Shown here: positions 49,132 through 61,087 of the stretch, piece by piece
Numbering within the stretch: position 1 is the stretch's first letter
Layout: each line of letters begins with the position of its first letter
Position numbers and translations under genes: made by a program
Source: Pelomyxa schiedti
Lineage: Eukaryota > Protista > Evosea
Length of the DNA: 64,000 bases
Direction: 5' to 3'
Assembly (NCBI GenBank): GCA_020536535.1
Contig: JAHLWZ010000818.1
Location: 49,666-113,665 of the forward strand
The notes under the pieces: model-generated
What the model was told of the DNA's origin: nothing
The model's database searches: none
What the model saw: the letters and a program-made list of their open reading frames with translations, nothing else

Positions 49132-50618
49132 ATGGCTGCAGACAACAACGACCGGGGTGTGATGCTTGTTCTCCATGGTGAAGATGGAGTTTTGCATGGG
49201 TAAATTTATCTTCATGTGGATGGAACTGGGAAGGTGGCAATCTGATAATGCCCTAGGGATGCAGAGGAAAGAAAACAGACTTTGCTGTACAGAAAACTGT
49301 TTGAAATGGACAGTTACATTCACCACTTAGCTGTGTGTTAACTTCTAAAATGAAATTCTCGTGATGCTCATACAGTTAAACTAAATGTGTTCTTTTTTGG
49401 TGTCTTGTTAGGGGCATACATTCAGAACAAGTTTTATTGATGTAACTCTAGAGGAAGGAATTGCATGGAAATTATTCAACATGGGACGTTCTATTTCCGA
49501 AATGACTTCAGCACAAGCCACAGCATTCCAAAATTTACACACCAAGTTGGAATCTGCAATATCTGAAATGCTCCAAACAGCACACTGTGATAGAGTTTTT
49601 GTAAAGCTTTCCACCAGAAGGTTGGTATTTTCACACAGTTCAGCGTTTTTGCCAATCTCACATAAAACAAAGCCCAAAAGATGCGGTTGATAAAGTTCCT
49701 GAGAAATTGTTGCCCTTCCTCAAAAAAATAATGGCTACTGCGTCCTTTACTGGTTCTTCTCTCAAATCCAATTTCTTTTTTTTTTTTTTTTTTGCTCACA
49801 AACGTAGGTATGACAGAGTTGGAACAATCTAATGCAAAGCTAATTATTCTGCGCAAGGCTTTCTTTCAAACTATGGGGTGTTCCAATGCAGATGATGCAC
49901 TCTATTTGGTACCTTTTATGCAACAATACTTAACCGTAATAAAGATATTATAAGATTTCTCGCAGCTATCGAACAATTAGTGATATTAAAATAGCCATGG
50001 ACAACCTAGATCAAGTGGAATGGCATATGAAGGTAATACCGTGACTGCCTTGAAATGCCAACTCCAACATACCGCAGATTATTATACGGGAGTTTGTGGA
50101 TATAGATATAGGAGGGGAATTCCGTGGATTTGTGCACAACCGGCAGTTAAATGCTCTGTCACAATACTATGCAGACACTTTCTTCCCCAGAACAACAGCC
50201 AATGTGCACCAAATTGCTCCATTGGTTCAGAAGTTCTTCAATGACGAAATCCGAGACAAAATTCCTATGGATAACTGTCCCCTCCTCTTCGGCCTCTTCC
50301 CACAGTCTAATTTACATCCCAGATGTTATCGACTTTGCTGTGAGCGAGGACCTACATAGCGTGAGTGTTGTTGAGCTGAATCCATTTGCCCGAACCACGG
50401 GTAGTTGCCTGTTTGACTGGGAAAAAGATGCTACCGTGATTCAGAATGGACCCTTTGAGTACCGGGTCATCCAGGCACCACTAGAGAGTGTGACAAACTT
50501 ATTAAGTGTGTGGGATAGCATTTGGGAGCAACTGGAGGCCGGGTCATCTTCGACCACTATAACAAAACCAACACCCACTCCTTCTGCTGAGGATGCACCT
50601 TGGTGTATGGTTATGTAA
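49132..50618 (+). CDS. CDC123/D123-like (R2K) ATP-grasp protein with C-terminal CaaX
   Basis: HTFRTSFI, VFVKLSTRSPKD, SRSYRTISD, EFRGFVHNRQLNALSQY, VIDFAV, VELNPF, GSCLFDW; ends PWCMVM*. Confidence 0.85.
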
Positions 50619-50774
50619 CTAAGAAAAAACGAAAAATTGCGAAAATGCCAAATGTTTATTTTGGTTTCGTCTTCATTTGTTTGGAAAGTGACACGGTACA
50701 GGAACGGCAGGTAGAGAACTAATACAAGCAAATGAGTTTCACCCTATCTAACAATTTCGGGTAGTTACCTAGTA

Positions 50775-53130
50775 CTAGGAACTCTCAGAAGTATCAGGTT
50801 TGCTCTCTTCCTCTTCTTTCTTGATAGGTTTTTCTTTCTTGATAAGTTTTTCAGTATCTTTCTTGACAGTGCTAGCTGTTGGGATTTCACCCTCTATTTC
50901 ACTGTTGGCGTTCTGCTTATCACTGGGATGTGGCTCTGTGTCCTGCTTTGCTGTCGCTACTGTTGTTTGGTTAGTGCCGGGAGTTGTTGTGACATTTTCC
51001 TCTGGTTGTGGCTCTGGTTCAACTTTGTGGTCTTGTGAATTGGAAGAAGAATATTCGGCAGGTGGCGGGGAAGCAGTGGCACTGGGATTATCAGTGGAAT
51101 TATCTGTGGTAGTGGTGTTGGTTGTCTGAGCTGTGTGGGTGGGTGAACTGCTGGTGGGATGGTTATGCAAGTCTGCCAAAATAGCATTGTATGCAGATTC
51201 AGTTGCGGCGTCATTCTGATCATTGCTTAACTGGGGGTCTATGGGCTCAGTTTGGAGTGCGTTCATATTTTTCCCTTGTGAGGGGTCTAGGCTGAGGTTT
51301 GTTGGAACTTGTGTTAAGTTAGTGGAATCCCCCTGTGAGGGGTCCAAGCTGAGTGTTGTAGGAACTGGTGGTAAGCCATCTGGTGTTGAAGCGTCTGTGG
51401 TTGTTGGTTGAGCAAGTGAACCTAACCTATACATAATTCCAGTAATAATTATTAATCAAATTTTTACACTATTCCTCCAGTGTAAAATGCTAAAGTTGTT
51501 TTTTTTGTCCTAATTCCATTTTGACGGAAATCGGCTATTTCAGGCTACTCTATTTGTGCTCGAACTGTGCGTGCGGTACGCGTTCAAGTGCAAGTGCGAT
51601 AGAGAATGGGTGTACACACATTTGACCTTGTGCTCCATATGGATGGTACCTCACACCAGGGGGGAACCGGGGCAACCCACGTCTGCGTGTAAGATTGAGA
51701 ATATCAGCTGGTGACAATACTACGGGACTCAATCCAGGCATAGTTGGAGTTAAGGCCACTGACGGAGTAAGTCCTGACATAGTTGTAGCGAGAGTAGAAA
51801 CAGCAGGTGAAAGGTTGGCAACAGATTGTGTAAGTCCTGCAATGGAGAATGGGCCTAACACACATTAAACTCAAACAAGTGCCGGCGAAAAAAATGCACA
51901 CGGTGGGCAATGAGTTCCCATTCCCCATGAGCAAAAGTGCACTTTGGACCCCTAGCACAACCTCCAGCAGCCCAAAACTGGCACATTCTCGTCTTGGCAT
52001 TAGGAGGTGGTGAAGAAAGAGACGCCAATCCTGTATTTGTAGGGCAAAGGGAAAGTAAAGGAAAAAGATAAGTGAGGATTTAAAAATAACAAGCCAAGCC
52101 AAGAAAACCAACCTGGAGGCCCCACAAGCTCCTGCTCCCCATGGGCGTAAGTGCAGTTGGCACCCTTTGTGCACTGTCCCCGCAGCCAGTAGTGGCACAG
52201 CTTCGTCTTCGCGTGCACCACGTCCAAGGGCGGCTGCGCCGGCTGCTGCTGCAGGCCGTCGCCCGGGCCCCCGAGCCCCAGCCCCACACCCCCTCCCACC
52301 CCGTTCGCCCCTCCCCCCTGTTGCTGCTGCTGTTGCTGTTGCTGCTGCGACTGCTGTGGCGGCGGCGGCTGCTGCTGCTGGCCCGGGATGGCCCCGCCGC
52401 CCCCGCCTCCTCCTCCTCCCAGAGCAGCGGCGGCCGCGGCGGCGGCTGCGGCGGCGGCCGAGGACCCGTTGTACTGGCGCAGCTCCTGCTCGCCGTGGGC
52501 GAAGGAGCAGGCGCTGCCGCGCTGGCAGAAGCCCCGCTGCCAGTAGGTGCACAGTCGCGTCTTGTACGGCATGATCGCGGCGAGGTAGGCCTGCTGCTGC
52601 TGGGCCTGGGCCTGGACCTGCATCTGGACCTGCTGGGCTTGCTGCAGCTGGACCTGCTGCTGCGCCTGGGCCTGCGCCTGGGCCGCCTGCTGCTGGTAGA
52701 TCGCGGCGGCCGTCGCGGGGTCGAGCGCCGCCAGCGCCGACGCGGCGGCGGCGGACGAGGACGCGGCGGAGGACGGCGAGGACGACGACGAGCCCGAGGA
52801 GGCCGCGGCCGAGGCGCCGGTGGCCGAGGGGAAGAACGCGAAGGGGTCGACGACGACGGCGCCGGGGTGCTGGGGTTGCTGTTGGTACTGGTAGGGGTAT
52901 TGGTACTGCTGCTGTAGCTGCTGGAGTAGTTGTTGCTGCTGCTGCTGTTGTTGGGACTGGGGGGACTGAGATTGGGCGGATTGTTGTTGCTGGTACTGTG
53001 AGGACTGCGTAGGGCTTTGTGGAGTCACGCCGCCGGCGGCGAGGTAGTCCGCGGCCGTCTGGGCCGTGACCCATTGGTTGCCTAGGTAGACCATGCTCTG
53101 CCCGGGACCGAACGGAATTATGGGTTGCAT
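50775..53130 (-). CDS. CCCH zinc-finger RNA-binding protein (3 fingers) with polyQ/A/G tracts
   Basis: YKTRLCTYWQRGFCQRGSACSFAHG, KTKLCHYWLRGQCTKGANCTYAHG, and a third finger KTRMCQFWAAGGCARGPKCTFAHG; RYHPY motif; acidic tail. Confidence 0.88.
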
Positions 53131-53360
53131 GTAGCGGAAGTGTGACGCGGTGTTGTCGCTGTGTCGCTTTTATTTATTTTTATTTTTATTTTGATTTTGA
53201 TTTTGATCTTTTTCCTCCTCTTAGCAGATAAGATGCCACTGCAACAAGATTAGAGTGGGCGACGCAGGCACTGGGGCGAGTCATTTTGGAATTGCGGTAC
53301 TCTCTAATCTACTCAGACGATTCTCACCCTGGGCTGTTTTTACCAACCCCAAGATTGTAG

Positions 53361-54337
53361 TCAGGAAATGGTGCAATCATCTTTTCCCTTTGCACTGACT
53401 GGTGGGCTTGGTGGAGTAGGTGGAGTGACTCCCTCAGGAACAGCAACTAATGTATGATCCTGTGGTAATGTTATATTGAGGTCATTATTCTATGAGAGGC
53501 ATACTGGTGGGTGCGATTTTCTCCACAGACCTAAATCCTGCAGCAAAGTGAAAAAAAAAAAAAAAAAGAACTCGAAAATAAACATACACAGCACCGATCC
53601 AGAGCCCAGAACAGTGTTTCGAAAATTCCCTGAATTGAGCGTGCAGAGCATTCCCTGTAGCAGGTGCAATCGATTCGTTTCAGTGTGTCATCAATCTCTT
53701 TCTGTGTTACCAGAGTTCCAGCCAGCTCGGGATTGGACCGCAAGTCGCCCTTTGTTCCCACAAGCACAAAACCAGCCCGCGGGGAGTGACTTCTAATTTC
53801 AGGTGCCCAGACATCGGCAATGTGTGCAAGTGACTCCTTGCTATTTATAGCAAAGCACAACAGAAATACATCAGCTGAGGGATAGGAAATCACCCTTAGA
53901 CGTTCGTAATCTGGCTTGGTTATAAACAAGGCCAGTCAGTAACAGTACAGGAAACAAACTTGAGCAATTCATTTCATAATGGAAAAAAAAATACCTCAGA
54001 CAAGGTGTCCCATAAACTAACACCAATTGGCTTTCCAAATACTGTAGCAGTAACAGAACACAAATTCAAATCCATGGTCTTCGCAACTGTCTCGGGAAAA
54101 ACACCCTAAAATCCCCATTAGACACGTTACACACGAAACAGGACAAGCCTTGGGAAATTTAGGTCTGCATTTGCAAACAAAAAGTCAAACCCATCCACGG
54201 ACAACACCCAACCATCAAGAACAGAACAAAAATGATTGTATCCTCAAACGGCACAGAGGTACCTTACAATACGTGGCAATAAAGGAAGTCTTTCCCACCC
54301 CACTATCTCCAACAACCACACAACGAACTGACAGCAT
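53361..54337 (-). CDS. Atypical Rho/Rac-family GTPase
   Basis: RCVVVGDSGVGKTS, LWDTLSE|PDYERLRVISYPSADVFLLCF, LVGTKGDLR, YRECSA; ends CTIS* (CaaX). Confidence 0.88.
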
Positions 54338-54492
54338 CCCCCTGTCCAACAGTAAAAAAAACTGAAAAATCAAAACCTCTCACAACAGCGAAAAAAGAAA
54401 AACAAACAAAACGAACCGCGTTTGGCGTGTTGAGTTGAAATCAACGCAACTCGTTCTGTTATGTATTAATATTTCTTCCCAACGTCCTGACT

Positions 54493-55781
54493 TTACTTTG
54501 CCTTTGTGTTGTGAGCATGCATGTACTCTACCACGAAGAAGTGCACAAACAAGCCCAGGAGTGACACACTGAAAGCCAACGAGGCCAACATCACCCAAGG
54601 GTCTCCAGGGCATGAATCCAACTTGGCTAGGTTGCTGACAACGAAAGCTAAGTCCACCCAGAACTGAACCAGCTGACACACAGTGAGGTATGGCTTCCAT
54701 GATGGAACGTGGCCGGATATCTCCCTCATTCCAAAGTAGTAGTACATAAACACCTTGTGGGTTGGTTGGTTGATGCTGGGAAATTATTATTATTATAACT
54801 CTGATTTGAATGCATGGACATAGTAGGAATCAAAATGTTAGGGGGTTTTAACTCTTTGGAAAATACTTACATGAACACAGGTGTTTATGGTCATTGCAAC
54901 CCAGGTTGGAGTCCAGCAGGCCTTCATCCAGTACCATGAGAGAGGAAGGACAACACTACAATTATGTTGAGAATACCTCATTTGAAATGGGGGAGTTTCT
55001 TGCCTGTGATGCCACACATGTAATACTGATAACTTTCGCCCCTTCAACATTAACAGGATGGTATCTGCCAGTTCCCAGTATTTACTCAAGTAAAACATGT
55101 AGCACCAAAACCCAAGAGTCCCCACCATGGACATTCCTCCTTGTATCTCACATGAATCACAAAACAGAGTTCTCCAGCCAAAATTCCGTGCTTTCTCACA
55201 AGCTCCGTATATCAGCCCGCACAGCATGGCAAGGGAGGCAATAGACAATGCGAAATTGTGAACTGCTGTAACAACAGTGACTGAGTTTTGCCAAGAATCC
55301 CAGTGTTTGTCAACATCTGCATTTTCTAATTTCCGGCACCTCAATTTGTACGATGCAATTACTCCAGGGAGGAAGACAGTGAGTACTGAGTACAGAACCG
55401 CGGTAATAACTGGTAGCTTCCAACCACTCCTACTTTTTGAAAAAGAGAAGTTTCGTATAGCGTTTGTCTATGGGCTTTCAACAAATAAGAAAGAGGTGAA
55501 GAAATTTACAAGAAAATTTCCCTTCCAGCTGTTACTGGCTGTTTGACCCTAACAAAATATAAGTCATACAACGTTAATACTAGGGATAGTACTGGGTGAT
55601 AGACCGGAAATATAACCGATTCACTACTGCCTCCCATTTCAACACCATCCAGTACCTTTGAAGCTGACAATACCACAACAGTTAAATAGAAAATTCAACT
55701 ACAAAGGATCATTATACCGGTTCTAGAACCCAAGAAAGTAAGTGAAACTATCACAGCGGCAACTAGCACCGACCATACCAT
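54493..55781 (-). CDS. Very-long-chain fatty acid elongase (GNS1/SUR4/ELO family)
   Basis: HNFALS, FYLSKYWELADT, LHVWHH, NTCVHVFMYYYF, LTVCQLVQF, LFVHFF; ER-retrieval-like KAK* end. Confidence 0.93.
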
Positions 55782-55945
55782 ATCTGCACAATTCTCGTTG
55801 ATATGCTCTATTACTAACACATCACACAAGATGTACGCACTTCGATTTGCCATTGATGCCAACACCCAAATCCTCTCACACTGTTTTTATCATGAAATGA
55901 TTGACAGTGACAAACCACCATTTCTTGTTAGTTTGTAATCAATAC

Positions 55946-57881
55946 TCATCCATTTCCGAAAAGACTTTTCGATCGTTCGTGTAAAGTTTTGTTTTTCTCA
56001 CAGACCCATACTGGCCCACAGCAAGGAGCGAGAGCGAAGGCACCCGAGACCTTGCTCCTCGTATTCTGAACGCGATATCCACCATGTGGAGGGAGTGGCG
56101 GGATTGCTTGCGGTGGCTGCAGCACCCTTCCAGACACATTGCAATGGTTGGGCTGTGTGGTGCACTGTCACATTGGTACTGCTATTAAGGTTGAGCTCGA
56201 ATTCCAGGCGTTTTATAAATCCTGTTACTGTGGAGCAACCTTTTTAATGGTGTTAGGCTAATAGCGGCTACGAATGTTACCTCCCACTACTATAACGTTG
56301 GAAACTGGCTTGTTGTATTTCCGCCATGTGTCCAGAGTGGTTTTCACATCCTGGGAAATGCCCTCCCCTCCCCTTCGGCAAAAGCCTGGGTGGAACAATG
56401 CTTCGCCCCAGAATATTTTGTCAGCTTTAGTTACAGTAAATTCACTGTCGCTGCTCCAACCTTGCATTCTCTTGCTTTCGGCCTTGGAGAAATTAATTAC
56501 AACCAAGTTTATGACTACAAACAGTATCATCTGTGTGGAATTCAAAGGATTCACAAGATATTCTGCCCCACATTGGAGGTGACGCCTCACGGAGTACCTG
56601 AGAAGATTGAGAAACGTATTTCAAGGTGGAGCTTACTTGTGTGCGATGAAGCTTGTACAGTCTGGTGGAGGCAACGTCATTACTGCAACTGTGCCAACCG
56701 AGCTCACTCAAACTCTGGGCACATATCCCAATTTTCCTGTGCTTATCAGCAGAAATGTGCTGGATAATGCGTTCCAGGATATCCACAGGAAGTTTCTGGA
56801 AGAGTGATGTAGGTGACTGGGACAGCTTGTAAATAGTGTCGATTGTCTGAGTAGTATTGTAAAATCCAGATTTGTACAGCTCGGCATGAAATGACACTGG
56901 AGAGGGGCATATTTCACAAAGCGAACGAAGAGTGTGGGGGGCACCCAAGACAGAAGTTGTTGCAGGTGAGAGAGGTTCGGGAGCAAGTACCTTTTGGTTA
57001 TTGTATGAAGTTGCCTCAAGTCATCTTTTTTTTAGGGTATGTTTCATGCTTGTTATTGGTGTGTGATCTGATTTCTTACAGTTGCTGAAAAGAGTTTATC
57101 ATGCACAGATTCAGCAAGGATAGAATCCAGAGCCATCGGTTCAGACATGTTGTAGCTCACAAGTCTACCTGAAAAGTAGGTAACGTTAGGGATAAATGTA
57201 TACAGAAATACCCGTTCCAGAGATTCCAGAGACTTGAGTGCAAGAGCCACCAAAATCCGCCAAAATGAATGGCTGGGATGAACTAAGAGTTACATCAGAA
57301 CATCCAACTCGGGCAACAATAGCATCAGAAGGCAGTGAAACACCAGAAACTGGAAACTTTTCGAGAACCTCCTTTTGTTTGTATCAAAAAGGGAAAAGAC
57401 TTGACGATGTGGAAAACGCACGGGGAGTAAGACAGATCTGTTGTGAGTAGGTTTGCAAGTCAGAACAAGTCGTGAATTGCATCCGAACCAATTTGTTTCA
57501 CACACATTCGTGAGTATACTTTCTATCAAATCAGTTGGAAAGGGATCGTTGGCATCAGCTTCTTCTTTCCGCAAGAAAGAGGGGGCCCTAAGAGCCTGTA
57601 TTTCCCCAGCATAAACAACACGTGTGGTGCTAATAAGAAAAAAACAAACCTCGAAGCCGAACCAAGTACTCTTACAACCAGGCAAAGAAACCTCAGTACA
57701 AGCCGACACAGTAGGAATAATAGCAGGCTTGGCGTCACCCGAAAGACCCACCTGCATCTCCAAGTTAAAACAAAGCAAAGTGACCGTAGATCTCGGTTTT
57801 TGTTATGCACGCTGCCTTCAAAAACTTGAAACCGCAGTCTACAACTACATCAGTTCCCTGCCCAACCGTCAAACTCGCCAT
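55946..57881 (-). CDS. Divergent actin-related protein with F-box-like insertion
   Basis: VVVDCGFKFLK|VGLSGDAKP (phosphate-1), LFVFDTNKRRFSK-region, LADFGGSCTQV (phosphate-2), GEALFHP, NVIVVGG, GAFALA...WV. Confidence 0.75.
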
Positions 57882-57936
57882 CTAGTCTTTTTTTTTTTTC
57901 TTCAAATAGAAATCTGAATAGAAAAAACGAAGAGTG

Positions 57937-60900
57937 TCAGGACGAATTCTGTTGTGGTTTAGAGGGGACAACTCTTGGTGGTACTTTGGGTGTTCCATTT
58001 GATGCACTGGTTGTTGTGGGTGGTGATTGTGAGATTGGTCTCACAGCACTCTGTAGTTCCTGCACGAGCTTCCTCATTTCCATCAAATCCTTCTCGTTCT
58101 GAGCCCGGCTCTCATCTAGTGCCGTCCTGAGCTTCTCAATTTCGCCCTTCTGGCTTGCCAATTCCTCCCTCAGAAGGTCAATTTGCAACTGCATCTTGGC
58201 CGTCTGCTGCGCTGCCCCTTCCACCGCCTGCTGCGCGCGAGTCCGCTCAAATGCCTCGTGCTGCAGTTGCTTTTGCAGCAATTCCGTGGTTGACGCCATC
58301 TCGCCGGCGGTTTTGGCCATCGCCTGTACATGTTTTGATGTGGAGGCTGAGGCTGAGGTGCCTTTTTGTGCCGCAGTCGACGCTTCCAAGATTAGACCGC
58401 GGGCCTGGGCTGCTTGTTGGGCGCTCGAGGAATCGGGTGATGTGCAGTAGCCATATTTGGAAGTGTCACATGTTTTGGGGTTGCTGTATTTCGAGGTGCC
58501 AAACATAATGCCTGATTTGGTAAACACTTCAGCAAGGTCCCAGTCTATACCAACGGTTTTGGTTGGTACGATTCCAACACCAGCTTTCTGCAATACTGCA
58601 CCTTTGATTTCTTCAAGTCTAGTAGGTGCCTTATGGTGAAATACAACGTTTGCAAGCTGAAGTCCGAGGGGGTTGGCGGGGTCTGGGGAAAAATCCCCCA
58701 AGGCATCCAGAACCCACATCACAGATAATTCTGCAAACTGTCTGGCCGGAGGGTACTCTTCCGCTTTGAAAACGGAACTCTTCACCTTGAACAAAGCCTT
58801 GTCACTGAATGGAGGTCAGTGCGAGAGTTGATTTTTTTTTTTACGAGTACCTAGTTGTTTGCCTGGATTTAATATCTGCAGCTGTAGCCAGTTGTGCGAG
58901 TTGCGGTGCAAACCACTTTGTCATCAGAATTGCTGCTTGTTCCGAACAGTGCTTCATTTCAGATACAGTCATAAGCGCTGAAATGTGCTTGGCTGTATTC
59001 GTTTGCCGTTTTTCATCAACCAGCTCCAGTCCTTTTTGTGTGCATAGAGTCACAGCATTGACAACGCCACTAGCTACTCCAGTTATATCCAAGATTGACA
59101 TGACATTACCAAAGAATCCAACTGCGCCAGCGACTTTCCCTGCAGTCCCTGAAGATGCAACAACCATCTCACTAGCAACAGCCTTAGCTCCGATTAGCAC
59201 TTCCTCCAGCTTAATTTGTATTGTGCGATAAAAGAGCCAGAGATTGGAGTCACCCTCAAACTGTCTCAGGGCTTCTCGTTTCTGCTCCTTCACTCTATAT
59301 TCTTGCCAGAGTACTTGTTGATAACACTCGATTTCCTTTACTTTTTCTTGGAGTTCCTCGATTTGTTGTTGCTGTGCTTGAGCCGTAGCAGAGTCTGATT
59401 TGGGCAAGGACTCAGATAGATTTGCGATGTGCTTTTCTAATGCTACTCTGTTCTTATCAGTAAGTGTGATATCGTCAGTAGTTTCTTGGAGGGTTTGGTT
59501 CAGAGAAGCAGCTAGACTGGAGATCTCACAATTCATCTCTGACTGTGTGACTTTGATGTCTTCAACTGTCGTTTTAACAGATTCAAAGGCTGCCTGCATT
59601 ACAGTGCTGATAGACGTATCAGCCGGTGATGATTGTGGCAGTTGTTTCAGTAGTTGGGACATTGTAATTCTGTTAGTCGCATCTACCACTGAGCGAATAA
59701 TTGCATGAAGGTTCTCTCCAGTTATGCCACCTGAATTTTGTACAGCCTTTTCAAGTTCAGAACTGCAAGTAGCCAGGTCAGATCGTAGAGAAATCTAGTT
59801 TTGGCATCAGAAAAAAAAATATTGTGACAAGATACCACTGTTGCAGGAGCTGAAGTTCGAGGAGGAATAGGGGGTGAAACTGGAGGAGTTGAGGGTAGCG
59901 CCATTGGTGATGGTGTGGAAGCTGTAGACTGCGGTATTAGCTGCTGGGGATCTGGTGGATACGAATACGCGAACTTACTGAGTCTGGATTTTAGCAAGGC
60001 TTTGTCCTGACGTTTCTTTGGGAGAGATTTGGCGTAGTGAATGAAGAAAGCAGTTACAGCCGCTGCAAAAGCTTCAAATACACCATTGATTGACTGGCGT
60101 GAGCAACAGCATTCTACGTAGAACGTTGCACCTATCTGAATAAGTTAGTGCCCTGGCATTAATTAGCTGAAAGTGCCTACTTGTCGCGCAACTTCTTCCC
60201 CTTGTTCCATAGATACACATTTAGTCTTGGAGTTGGGCCTCAGTCGTGATTCGCAGCCAATTCCAACCACAATGAAAGGGGCCCCAGAAGGCCCGTTTGA
60301 CTTCCACTCAGATCCCCAAATTTTAGATACACTCTCCAAGGATTCCGGTTTGGCAATGTCGAAAACGATCATGAGCACATCAGTGCTGCGGACCCTTGTG
60401 TGGCACTAATCCCAGGTGTTGGGTATTATACATACATTTGATAGATTTTTGAAAATTGTCCAGTTGTTCGGTTACGTCCAAACCGCTTAGCATAAACTAG
60501 AACCAAAACACAGCCAACAACAAACAAACAGAAAAAAAAAAGACAAGTGAAAATCAGATCAAAACCTGCTGAAGTGAGTCAGCCAGACCGACACCATCCT
60601 TTAGTTGGAGGAGAACATCCGAGTTGCAGACTGCAACTCCCATTGTGGTGTCATCAAACACAACCTTGGTGGTTTCGGGTAACCCACCTCCCAGCATCGT
60701 ATATAGGAACGTGGTCTTGATGTCGCCCCACCCCGAGATGTCCTCCCCGTCGTCCCCAACAACCAGGACTTGGATCAGGTCGTAAAGGACAACTTCGTAG
60801 ATGTCGCCGTTGTTGATTGGCCCGGTGGCTAGGATCCCATCATTGACTTTGGTGGGGGGATTGGGGCTTGGGGTGGTGGGGGTGGGACTGGGACTGGGAC

Positions 60901-61087
60901 TGGGCGAGACTAGCACGAGGGAGATGGCATCGATGCGATTGAGGGACAGCGCCGCGCAGGCTTTGGTTCGCAGCTCCCATAAGTCGTCTGTGGGGAGCAG
61001 GGTAACGTGGGCAGTGGTTGGGGTGGTGAAGGGAATACGGTTTCGAACCGTAACCGTCACTTTGTTGGCGTTTCCTCGCGCAAACAT
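57937..61087 (-). CDS. Ubl + degenerate Rho-like GTPase + coiled-coil multidomain protein
   Basis: N-terminal VTVTVR...VTLLPTDDLWELRTKAC (Ubl-like); VLVVGD...KTT, DVLMIVFDI...SLESV...W, PFIVVG, FYVECC (Rho-like); exons join through a Pro-rich linker into long heptad regions. Confidence 0.65.

Noticed and set aside
51704-53074. 456-aa Arg/Ala-rich ORF and overlapping plus-strand ORFs
   Set aside because: Alternative frames of the GC-rich CCCH exon, with no independent motifs.
59443-59472. TCTGTTCTTATCAG resembling U2 snRNA stem IIa
   Set aside because: It lies antisense within a coding exon and lacks the U2 5' end, the GTAGTA branch-pairing sequence and an Sm site.
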